From the NCBI RefSeq assembly GCF_001481685.1, contig NZ_CP006867.1, positions 210,001 to 242,000 of the forward strand: a stretch of 32,000 bases of DNA, given 5' to 3'. The notes beneath the pieces were generated by a model. That model worked only from the letters and a program-made list of their open reading frames with translations. It ran no database searches and was not told the origin of the DNA. Source of the DNA: Ignicoccus islandicus DSM 13165. GTDB lineage: Archaea; Thermoproteota; Thermoprotei_A; Sulfolobales; Ignicoccaceae. The position numbers were made by a program, and so were the translations under genes. Below, piece after piece: positions 1 through 8,133 of this stretch (its first letter is position 1; the number at the start of each line of letters is the position of its first letter).

Positions 1-70
1 GACCTTTTGAAAGCACTCCGATTTAGTTTCGCACTTAACTTCCAAGGCCAAGTAACTGGTACCGAACCTC

Positions 71-979
71 GTGTCCCACACAAAAACCCTTCCCGACTTC
101 AAACCGATCGGTGCCTCCTTGGGCTTTACGGAAGAGAGACTTCTAAATTTAGTGAGGGAGATGGGAGTTAAAACTGGTAAGCTAGGTCCCGGAGACGACT
201 GCGACTGCATCGAGATAGCGGAAACGTCGCTTTGCGTTAACGTTGACGGATTTGCAGCGAAGGAAGTAATGATGGACTTCATGGACTTAAGCGATGTAGG
301 GTGGAGGGGAGTAATTGCGTCCCTGAGCGACTTAGTAGCTAAGGGATGCGTTCCCAGGGGAAGCGGGTATTCGGTTTACGCTAACGATATCGAAAGCGCG
401 CTTCAACTAAGCAGGGGAGCGTTGGAAGCGGTCTCCGAATATTCCTTGACCTTTCTAGGGGCCGATACGAATAGGGGAAATGAGTCAATAGATGCCTTCT
501 CATTGGGAACTTGTAGTAACCCAATCCCAATTGATGGGGCTGAGGAAGGCGACCTAGTGGTAATACCTAAGGGGTGTTGGGGTTGCGTCAAAGCATGCTT
601 AGAAGGAATAGCTGGAGACGAGGAAAGGGCCCATTGCAAGAGACCGCGAATTCCAAAGGGCCTAGCGGAAGCCTTAGTAAAATATAGGAAGTTCATCAGA
701 GCTTCGACTGATTCGAGCGATTCGCTGGCCGTGAGCCTTTGGAAGCTCGCTAAAGCATCGAATAAGGCCATAGAATTACATGTCCTTCCAAGCAACTTAG
801 ATGAGAAGTACGTGTTGTATTCCGGAGAGGAATATTTGCCTGTGCTCGTAGTGGATCGAGAAGGACTAGAATTGGTTAAAGAGATCGACGGTATGGTAAT
901 AGGAAGAGTTAGGGAAGGTCCAGCCAAAGTTACCTTATACGGAAGGGAAGTGAAACCGCTCGGATGGGAATGGTTCTAG
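71..979 (+). CDS. Thiamine-monophosphate kinase-like protein (ThiL/AIR-synthase-related fold)
   Basis: GTG-start ORF of 302 aa; N-terminal 'RLLNLVREMG...GPGDDCDCIEI...CVNVDGFA' and 'VGWRGVIASLSDLVAKGCVPRG' resemble the ThiL/AIR synthase metal and nucleotide-binding region. Confidence 0.6.
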   Translation: MSHTKTLPDFKPIGASLGFTEERLLNLVREMGVKTGKLGPGDDCDCIEIAETSLCVNVDGFAAKEVMMDFMDLSDVGWRGVIASLSDLVAKGCVPRGSGYSVYANDIESALQLSRGALEAVSEYSLTFLGADTNRGNESIDAFSLGTCSNPIPIDGAEEGDLVVIPKGCWGCVKACLEGIAGDEERAHCKRPRIPKGLAEALVKYRKFIRASTDSSDSLAVSLWKLAKASNKAIELHVLPSNLDEKYVLYSGEEYLPVLVVDREGLELVKEIDGMVIGRVREGPAKVTLYGREVKPLGWEWF

Positions 980-1016
980 CTCCTCATCGTTCAGCGTTTG
1001 CACCCTTCCTCATCGC

Positions 1017-1604
1017 TTACTTCATTATTTCCGAAAGTATTTCGACAGCGCTCTCCCTTATCATTGCGACTCCCAGACCAGCTAGCAATATTGCGATTAT
1101 TCTCGAAAGGGCCGTTATTCCGTTTTTACCAAGCACCTTGTAGATAACTTCTCCGTATCTCAACATCGGGATTGAGATAGCCATTACTATTAGTACGGCT
1201 ACGCTTGTGCATATTGGTCCACAGACGGAACGATAGTACAAAACCAAGCTTATGGCACCAGGACCAGCGAGCATTGGAATGGCCATGGGCACTATAGCTA
1301 TGCTTTCTGGGTCTATCATTTGCGCCTCAGTTTGGCCCAAGAGCGCTTGTATGGAGTAAACTAATAGAATCAAGCCGGTAGCCATTCTAACGTCAGTCAG
1401 ATTCATTCCAAAGGGCTTTACTATGTAATCGCCTAGAATTGAGAAAACTAACAAGACTATTGTTGCTACTATTACGCTTTTCGTTATTATTCTCTTCCTC
1501 ACGTTACTGGGCAAGTGAGAAGTCATGCTATGAAATATTGGACCGTTTGTTAAAGGATCTATTATTACAAATAGAGCAATTACCAAGTTCAAGATTTCGT
1601 CCAT
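1017..1604 (-). CDS. MarC family (UPF0056) integral membrane protein
   Basis: 195 aa hydrophobic protein with 'LFVIIDPLTNGPIFHSMT' and 'PMAIPMLAGPGAISLVL', characteristic MarC-family segments. Confidence 0.85.
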   Translation of the reverse strand: MDEILNLVIALFVIIDPLTNGPIFHSMTSHLPSNVRKRIITKSVIVATIVLLVFSILGDYIVKPFGMNLTDVRMATGLILLVYSIQALLGQTEAQMIDPESIAIVPMAIPMLAGPGAISLVLYYRSVCGPICTSVAVLIVMAISIPMLRYGEVIYKVLGKNGITALSRIIAILLAGLGVAMIRESAVEILSEIMK

Positions 1605-1672
1605 TCGATGCCCCTTCTACGAGCGTCATTTGTAGTTAATGTCGTTAGAGTTCCATGGACTTATTCATCTAT

Positions 1673-2160
1673 CTCATTCACCATCCGATGGTGAATGCCC
1701 ATCTCCACCTCTTGTCCAAATTCGATTTTCCATTTACTCACAATCAATTCCATTATTTCCTCAACCTTAACCATTTGAATTCAGAAACAATGGTCTCCTT
1801 AAGCACCTTCAGTTTCTACCAGACTTCCTAATGCTCAATTCCATTTCAACCCAATCATTCAACATTGTATTTGCGAAAACAAATGCAATTTACCACTCTT
1901 GAGCTTAGACCATTAGTACAAGGTCCTTTCAAGATCGATCTTTACAATGAGAAGTTGCATTGAGGGGTTAATAAGCGATCATGAGAACTCTGATGATCAT
2001 GGGGATTTCTACTCCGGCCTACCTTATACAAGCATATGCATGAATATATTGGACAACTACTTGAATTCAAGTTCTGAGAGGAAAGGTGTGAATGTGGAAA
2101 GGCAGATGAAGGGAAAGGGTTAAAAGATGGAGAATTGGTTGTTTAAATAGGAGGGCAACG
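1673..2160 (+). promoter_or_regulatory. CRISPR array 1 leader (about 488 bp)
   Basis: AT-rich noncoding segment directly upstream of the first repeat; gapless alignment to 30861-31348 with about 50 mismatches by hand count. Contains TTTAAATA at about 2142-2149, 12 nt before repeat 1. Confidence 0.85.
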
Positions 2161-2919
2161 GTAGAGATCCAATAGGGAGTGGAAAGAGTGAGTAGTTTCG
2201 AGTTGAGCGAGTGGTCAAGTGAAAGTAAGGTAGAGATCCAATAGGGAGTGGAAAGAATCCTTCACCTTTTGCGCGCTCAACTGCCAGAGTTTTTGTAGAG
2301 ATCCAATAGGGAGTGGAAAGAGGGTAACACAGTTTGCTTTAGTATGCGTCTCTCTTCTTCCTCGCGGTAGAGATCCAATAGGGAGTGGAAAGACTTCATG
2401 CTAAGACTGTTAGGAATCGATTTAGAGATTTTGGTAGAGTCCCAATAGGGAGTGGAAAGTTGTGTTGACGATGTCGGCCCCCGCTTCCTCGCAGACCTTC
2501 GTAGAGTCCCAATAGGGAGTGGAAAGCGGCGAGTATTTTCAGTGCGTACGTCTCGAACGCCCTGTAGAGTCCCAATAGGGAGTGGAAAGTATCGAAACCA
2601 AACTTGTTGCGAACTTTTCGTTCAATTTGTAGAGTCCCAATAGGGAGTGGAAAGTCACAAATATGGATGTGAGGAAGTTCGTCGCAAGGAACCTAGTAGA
2701 GTCCCAATAGGGAGTGGAAAGCATCTTTAACCGTATCATAATCAAAAACAACGTCATAAAGCCGTAGAGATCCAAGAGAGAGTGGAAAGTAGGAAAGCTT
2801 CTTGTTTAGAACATAATACACAAGAACAAGTAGAGATCCAAAATGGAATAGAAAGTAAGTACACCTACTTGAGCGTTCAAGCGAAAGCGTAAAGCAGAGA
2901 TCCATGATAGAAAAACTTA
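2161..2919 (+). CRISPR. CRISPR array 1: 11 clear 26-nt repeats plus one very degenerate terminal copy
   Basis: Repeats GTAGAGATCCAATAGGGAGTGGAAAG (first four) and GTAGAGTCCCAATAGGGAGTGGAAAG (next five) start at 2161, 2230, 2295, 2367, 2434, 2501, 2564, 2629 and 2696. Degenerate copies start at 2764, 2830 and probably 2894. Spacers are 37-46 nt and non-repetitive. Confidence 0.97.
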
Positions 2920-3045
2920 TTTCCTTCATAGCAAAAGAATGAAAAAAGTTCATTCAAGCGCGCGAAAACGAATGGATAAAATTGGTTCCGAATCGAAGCC
3001 AATTCGAAGTTCACTTTAAATTTCCAACTCGTCTCTGTAGAAACT

Positions 3046-3119
3046 GGCCCCGTAGCTCAGCCAGGAGGAGCGCGGGCCTTCGGAGCCCGTGGTCCCGGGT
3101 TCAAATCCCGGCGGGGCCG
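3046..3119 (+). tRNA. tRNA-Arg (anticodon TCG)
   Basis: Acceptor GGCCCCG/CGGGGCC, anticodon stem-loop CGGGC-CTTCGGA-GCCCG, T-arm CCGGG-TTCAAAT-CCCGG; no intron, no encoded CCA. Confidence 0.93.
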
Positions 3120-3268
3120 CTGCCCCCTCACATAACTTTCTACGCTTTTTGAACGCGTCACATCGTTATTTCCGCCTGTCAAATAATACTTTAAAAATGT
3201 TCCTATTTTTATTCAATTGAGCATGGAAGAAAATATTTTTATAGACCTATCTTGCCTCCATTTTCCGA

Positions 3269-3342
3269 GGGCCCGTCGTCTAGCCCGGAAGGACGCCGCC
3301 CTCACACGGCGGTAGTCCGGGGTTCAAATCCCCGCGGGCCCA
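3269..3342 (+). tRNA. tRNA-Val (anticodon CAC)
   Basis: Acceptor GGGCCCG/CGGGCCC, anticodon stem-loop CCGCC-CTCACAC-GGCGG, T-arm CGGGG-TTCAAAT-CCCCG. Confidence 0.92.
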
Positions 3343-3631
3343 CTACTTCTCTTGACCACCAAGGTACTTTTCGGATGTTCCAAAACAGCCCTTGCGAACT
3401 CGCAAAGGGTTAAGCTATATACGAAGAAATTTACAGGTTTCGAAAACTTAATGCTCTAGATAAGTGCATAGATCTTAACGTTCTTGCGATATCTCCATCT
3501 TCTAAGCCAAGTGTTCTCACTGGGGTGGAGTTCCCGTTTTTAGAGCTCGTCCGTTTCGTATAGTTCGGGTAATGAAGAAATCGAGGTAGACCGAAAAGGG
3601 GGTATGTGGTAGTTATCCCCGTCTGAACCCT

Positions 3632-4303
3632 TTACTGAGTGCCCTTGTGGTAGTCAGGCACTTCCCTTACCGCTCTCGGCTTGGCCTTTCCGCTTGCTTC
3701 GTGTCTCTTCCTAAGTTCCCTCTCCTTCTGTTTCCTCTTCCACTTGTGCTTGACTGTGCCTCTCAGTCCCCTGCTCTTCCTAAGTCCCCTCATCTTCTTT
3801 CCTGCACTAGTTAGTCCCCTGAACACCCTTCCTCTATTGGATGGGTTAGCTAACCAGTTGAGTTCCGGATCGCTCTTTATTGCGGGGTGATGTGGGTCCA
3901 CAAGTATTACTTCGTACCACTCGTACTGGCCGTCTTCACCTACCCAGTAGGAGTTGAGCACTTCTAGGCCGGGATACTTCCTAGCTGCCCTCTCTTCAGC
4001 TATTAGACGGGTTGGTTTAGCTGGAGCGTATCCGTAAACACCCATTCTCTTTGGTCTCCTACCCTTGTTAGGCCTCGGTCTGTTCAGCCCACCTTTACTG
4101 ACCCTTACCCTAACTACTACTACTCCAGGCTTGGCCTTGTAGCCTAGCGCCCTAGCTCTGTCTAGCCTAGTAGGTTTCTCGATTCGAACTACTGCCGGCT
4201 CCCTCCTCCACTGGATGAACCTCTGCTTCATGAGCTCTCCGTGTTCACCGTCGTAAGGCCTCTTCCATTGTTCCCTTAGGTAATGGTACAGACCCTTGGC
4301 CAT
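3632..4303 (-). CDS. rpl15e: 50S ribosomal protein L15e
   Basis: 223 aa basic protein; '[14 protein letters not shown]...[30 protein letters not shown]...[26 protein letters not shown]' type L15e signatures. Confidence 0.95.
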   Translation of the reverse strand: MAKGLYHYLREQWKRPYDGEHGELMKQRFIQWRREPAVVRIEKPTRLDRARALGYKAKPGVVVVRVRVSKGGLNRPRPNKGRRPKRMGVYGYAPAKPTRLIAEERAARKYPGLEVLNSYWVGEDGQYEWYEVILVDPHHPAIKSDPELNWLANPSNRGRVFRGLTSAGKKMRGLRKSRGLRGTVKHKWKRKQKERELRKRHEASGKAKPRAVREVPDYHKGTQ

Positions 4304-4352
4304 ATTTATCTTTCCCCTTGGGAGTAGAAGTGGATGGGATATAAAGTCTCGC

Positions 4353-5750
4353 TTAGATTACTTCGCATTTCAGCCTCTTTTCTCCTTTAATGAGAGCCCA
4401 CCCGAGGGATACTGCTCTCCTCCACCATTCAAGCGAGTACGCCACGTCATCGAAATTGGTTAGTAACGCAACTATTCCTGCTGCTCCTATGTCTGCCATG
4501 GGAGTGAAAACTACGGTATAGAAGGTGTATAAGGTCTTGTTCCCTTTAAGGTAGAGCAACTCGAAGCCCAGTAGGGAGCTGACGAGGAAGAAGGACGCGT
4601 ACCAAGGTAAGGAGTATCGCCTCCTATCTTTGAGGGGATACAAGATAAGGAAGGAGAGTAGCGCCGTTTTCATTATTGCAGCGTTAGTTACAGAGTAAAC
4701 TGCCGGATCGATGTACAGCGGGGAAGGTACCCTACCTTCTATCCAATCCAAGGGACTGGCTGGAGGAGGGCCCGAGGGTCTGGAAACGGTGAACCAAGAG
4801 AGGCCGTTTAGCACCTCCGTTATCCACTTAGTCACGCCCAATTTGATTGCGAGAGGCATTGATAGCAGCGCGAAAGCGATGAGGGCAGCTAGCGCTGGGA
4901 GCGCTACTGACGCTAAAGGCGACTTACCTTTCTTTAAGAGCAAGTACGCTATGGGTAAAGCGTAGAAGGCGGCCGTGTACTTAGAGCTGACCGCTAGGGC
5001 AAAGGCGATTATCGCTAATTCTACTTTGAAGGGCAGTAGCGCTAATGAGATCATGCTAAATACAGCTGAGTAAATATCTAACATAGCAACCATGCTCATG
5101 GTCCTAAAGGCCACGTCGTGGTAGATCAAGAGGGCTATTGCAACCCATAGCCAGAGGCTCCTAGTAGCCAAGTAACTCCCCAGTAATACAGAGAATAGGG
5201 CTATCGAGGCCAAGGCGATTCCGGGGACTCTCCACATCCATGGTACGTCTTCCTTAAGCATTGCAGAGGCTATGAAATACTTCCCCAGAGGGGGATGTTC
5301 CAAGTTCAAGTACCTCAATATCCCCTTTTGTTCTGGGTACTTCCATCCCGGCTGGACTATAGTTAAGTTCAACTCGTCTCTCTTTTTCATTATTTCCTTT
5401 AATTCGTCCTTTGGAATGGAAACGTATATCGCGTTCTCGACCTTTTGGTAGTGGTACAGAACGTCTACGGAGTAGTTACCGGCGTAGTTCAATAAGAAGT
5501 AAGATAAATTGAGGGCGCTATTGAACTGCAAGGTCGCGTTACAACCGCTTACGCAAGGCGGATAGAGGTTGAATACCTCCCTTAGGATGTTCCTAGCCGC
5601 ACTAGTATACCACACTTCGTCGCCAATGTATTCGTGTGATACTGGCTCCATTTGAGCAAATTGATACTCTTCGTAGAAGAAGTTGAGGGTAAGCGCGAGG
5701 GAAATTAAGACGACAAATAAAAGCTTTGCTTTTTCCAAGCGTTCGCTCAT
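4353..5750 (-). CDS. Membrane glycosyltransferase, GT39/PMT-like (dolichyl-phosphate-mannose mannosyltransferase superfamily)
   Basis: 465 aa with many TM segments; '[16 protein letters not shown]' (DE motif in the first loop) and '[16 protein letters not shown]' are GT39-like motifs. Confidence 0.75.
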   Translation of the reverse strand: MSERLEKAKLLFVVLISLALTLNFFYEEYQFAQMEPVSHEYIGDEVWYTSAARNILREVFNLYPPCVSGCNATLQFNSALNLSYFLLNYAGNYSVDVLYHYQKVENAIYVSIPKDELKEIMKKRDELNLTIVQPGWKYPEQKGILRYLNLEHPPLGKYFIASAMLKEDVPWMWRVPGIALASIALFSVLLGSYLATRSLWLWVAIALLIYHDVAFRTMSMVAMLDIYSAVFSMISLALLPFKVELAIIAFALAVSSKYTAAFYALPIAYLLLKKGKSPLASVALPALAALIAFALLSMPLAIKLGVTKWITEVLNGLSWFTVSRPSGPPPASPLDWIEGRVPSPLYIDPAVYSVTNAAIMKTALLSFLILYPLKDRRRYSLPWYASFFLVSSLLGFELLYLKGNKTLYTFYTVVFTPMADIGAAGIVALLTNFDDVAYSLEWWRRAVSLGWALIKGEKRLKCEVI

Positions 5751-5851
5751 AATTCCTCTTCCTCTTCCTCGAGCTCATCGAGGGTAATCAATTCCTCCTC
5801 TTCCTCGACCATAACCTCGAATTCGTCCATTTCCTCACGGAAGTATTCCAT
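5747..5851 (-). CDS. Putative 34-aa highly acidic small protein, overlapping the start of the glycosyltransferase gene
   Basis: My translation: [34 protein letters not shown]. The ATG is at 5851 and the TGA overlaps the next ATG as ATGA. Not in the supplied ORF track because it is short. Confidence 0.5.
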   Translation of the reverse strand: MEYFREEMDEFEVMVEEEEELITLDELEEEEEEL

Positions 5852-5957
5852 AGGTACCCTCCCACATAACTCGAGTGCCGCGAAAGGGGAAATAAGGCTT
5901 TTTATTTCATTAAAGTTATATAGTCATTTCTTCGTTCGACCTCGTAGGTGCGAGCAG

Positions 5958-6128
5958 TTGGCTAAGAAGAGAAGGAGGGCAGGAGACAGCGGACTCGTCA
6001 CTGCCATGGGTCTGATGAGATTTTACGAAGAGATAGAATCTAAGATCAAGGTACCACCGGAAGCGGTAGTGGGGGCGGCCTTCGGTATCTCAGTTCTAGC
6101 GTTGATACTGAGAATAGTATTGGGTTGA
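5958..6128 (+). CDS. secG: Preprotein translocase Sec61-beta/SecG subunit
   Basis: TTG-start 56 aa ORF, LAKKRRRAGDSGLVTAMGLMRFYEEIESKIKVPPEAVVGAAFGISVLALILRIVLG*: basic N-terminus, 'GLxxFYEE..' region and single C-terminal TM typical of archaeal Sec61-beta. Confidence 0.82.
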   Translation: MAKKRRRAGDSGLVTAMGLMRFYEEIESKIKVPPEAVVGAAFGISVLALILRIVLG

Positions 6129-6180
6129 AGAGGGCAAACCGTGAAATATCGCTCTACCTCCCAGCTACGGAGAAAACGGG

Positions 6181-7050
6181 ATGCTAGAGGCGGCGATACC
6201 CTTAATTCCCCAACTCCTTTGGGCGACGAACTTCGTTATCTCTAAGATCGTGGTGAGTAGTGGTCTTCACCCATTAGCGCTCACAGCTATCAGATGGACC
6301 ATAGCGACTTTCTTGATGTACCTTTACGCTCGATTGGTAGGGATGAGAATTAGCCTAGATAGGTCGCTATCGTTCCTAGCGCTAACTGGGATAACGGGGT
6401 TCAGCGCGCTAATATACCTAGGTCTCATGTTCTCGAAGGCGTCAATAGTGGGCCTTACAATGGCCTTTATCCCTATAGCCACTTCAATTCTCGCTGCCAT
6501 ATTCCTAAAAGAAAGAATTTCGAAGCTCGTTGCCGCGTCAGTGGTTCTAGGCAGTCTGGGCGGGATCCTCTTGAGCGCCGGTAACTTGAACGGTCTCTCT
6601 TGGCTAGGAGTGCTCTTCGGGGTGTTGGCCTCAATAGACTGGGGCATCTATACAGTATGGTCCAAGAAAGCCATGGTCGAGTTATCCCCCATGGAGCTAT
6701 TAGTGAGCATATCTATCTTAGCTCAGCCAGTGAATTGGATATTGGCCCTTCCGTTCCTAAGCATTGAGCCGCTCTTGAAGGAAGAGGTATTACTTGGAAC
6801 GCTCTACGTCTCGCTAGTGCCAGGCTTCGTTGCCTACTTCCTATGGCTTTACTCCGTAAAGCTCATCGGTGCATCGAGAGCGGGGGTTTACATAAACGCT
6901 TTACCGTTATTCACGTTAATAATTTCAGTCCTCACCTTAGGTGAGAGGCTAGACGCTTTCGAGGTAGCGGGAAGCGCCTTGATAATAGCGGCTCTGACGT
7001 TAGTTACTGTTGATTATCTGAATAGAACTTACCGCGCAAGTAGGCAATGA
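6181..7050 (+). CDS. EamA/DMT-family transporter
   Basis: 289 aa with about 10 TM segments and duplicated EamA pattern ('LLWATNFVISKIVVSSGLHPLALTAIRWTIAT', 'WGIYTVWSKKAM...GASRAGVYINALPLFTLIISVLTLGERL'). Confidence 0.9.
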   Translation: MLEAAIPLIPQLLWATNFVISKIVVSSGLHPLALTAIRWTIATFLMYLYARLVGMRISLDRSLSFLALTGITGFSALIYLGLMFSKASIVGLTMAFIPIATSILAAIFLKERISKLVAASVVLGSLGGILLSAGNLNGLSWLGVLFGVLASIDWGIYTVWSKKAMVELSPMELLVSISILAQPVNWILALPFLSIEPLLKEEVLLGTLYVSLVPGFVAYFLWLYSVKLIGASRAGVYINALPLFTLIISVLTLGERLDAFEVAGSALIIAALTLVTVDYLNRTYRASRQ

Positions 7051-8065
7051 GCAAGGCCTCTAATGCGGCGGCGAGAGCCGTTTCGGTGGAAAGAGTTCTC
7101 CCCGGAGCTACATCGATTACGAAGTCAGCCAACTTATATATTCCCATAGGGACGCCCTTCCTAGAGCCTAGGAACGCCTTAACTCTCTTGGCCTTCCTCA
7201 AGGCCTTAGCCAACTCCTCTTCCACTTCCTCGAAGCTCTTGCCCTCCGGTTCGAACACAACCATTAATTCCTTCTTAGATTTCGAGAGGGCCAAGTGATA
7301 TACATCGAATACCTTGAGCTTGGTAGATAGCGCCTTACCTTCTACCTTCTCCTCTTGCTTCCTCCTCGCTTCCATGCCGTCTCGAACTGACTCTATGAAT
7401 TGGGCCAATTGAAGGGCGTCCGTTTCCTCAATTAGGCCTATGTAGTACTCCCCTACCCCGTAACTTTGGAGGATTCTCCCTATCCTCTTGCCCAGTTCTT
7501 CAATAGACTTTGGGGGACCTAAGTAAGGCTCTTGTATTACAGATAGTCTCGACAAGAACCTCGCTGTGTCCTCCTTCCCTAATTTCTTCTTCAATCCAGC
7601 GTAAGAGGGGTCCACCACAGCTAAGTATGCCTCCTCCCCAATTATCTCGACCATTAGAACTGCCTCTGGATTCGTTAGGTCTACCTTACTCCCATTGGCT
7701 TCCCTTAGTATCAAAGCTCCTAGCTCGGCGTTAACTTCTATTGATGTAAACGGATGGGAACCCCTCCTGATCGTTCTGACGGCGAACCTCTTACCCTCTA
7801 ATTTCCTTGCGAGCCTCTTGGCTGCTTCCTTGAGTTCCTTTAAGTCCGCTCTGACGCACTCTTCTGCTATCATGAACCTAATTACCTCGGGCATCCCGTT
7901 GAGCCTCTCAATGACCTCTTCCAAGTTCTTACAGTTCTTCATGAGCACGAGTCCCTTGAAGCCCATTGGAGCTGCAACGATTTCGCAGTCCACGTCTAAG
8001 GAATTAGCTACGTACCTTTCCATACCTAACTCCGTCTTAACTAAAATCACTGAGCACTCCGACAA
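7004..8065 (-). CDS. THUMP-domain-like RNA-binding protein with an extra C-terminal domain
   Basis: 353 aa; 'FAVRTIRRGSHPFTSIEVNAELGALILREANGSKVDLTNPEAVLMVEIIGEEAYLAV' matches the THUMP pattern. The C-terminal 120-150 aa are unassigned (possibly SPOUT-like). Confidence 0.7.
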   Translation of the reverse strand: MSECSVILVKTELGMERYVANSLDVDCEIVAAPMGFKGLVLMKNCKNLEEVIERLNGMPEVIRFMIAEECVRADLKELKEAAKRLARKLEGKRFAVRTIRRGSHPFTSIEVNAELGALILREANGSKVDLTNPEAVLMVEIIGEEAYLAVVDPSYAGLKKKLGKEDTARFLSRLSVIQEPYLGPPKSIEELGKRIGRILQSYGVGEYYIGLIEETDALQLAQFIESVRDGMEARRKQEEKVEGKALSTKLKVFDVYHLALSKSKKELMVVFEPEGKSFEEVEEELAKALRKAKRVKAFLGSRKGVPMGIYKLADFVIDVAPGRTLSTETALAAALEALLIAYLRGKFYSDNQQ

Positions 8066-8133
8066 CTCGCCACTCCAAGCTCTTCTCGATGCAAAAATTT
8101 AAGTAATGACTAGCGAGCCCCTCGGGGTCTCAA

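Noticed and set aside
403-927. 174-aa antisense ORF within the ThiL-like gene
   Set aside because: Opposite strand of a convincing CDS; Ser/Pro-rich low-complexity composition is typical of shadow ORFs.
1605-2160. Possible unannotated protein gene in the large gap before array 1
   Set aside because: No long ORF in either strand; the high gapless similarity to the leader of array 2 explains the segment.
2452-2953. ORFs 2452..2643 (+), 2539..2775 (-) and 2693..2953 (-)
   Set aside because: They run through CRISPR array 1. The recurring peptides (such as FHSLLGLY, STPYWDST) are translations of the 26-nt repeat.
3046-3342. tRNA-anchored integration site for a mobile element, given the nearby CRISPR array
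   Set aside because: No integrase, no attachment-like duplication of a tRNA 3' end, and no mobile genes visible in the window.
8110-8130. GAGCCCCTCGGGG upstream of the DUF2079 gene resembles GAGCCCCCTCGGGG in array 2 spacer 5, as a possible self-target
   Set aside because: The match is short, differs by a one-base indel and is a simple GC palindrome; insufficient for a protospacer claim.
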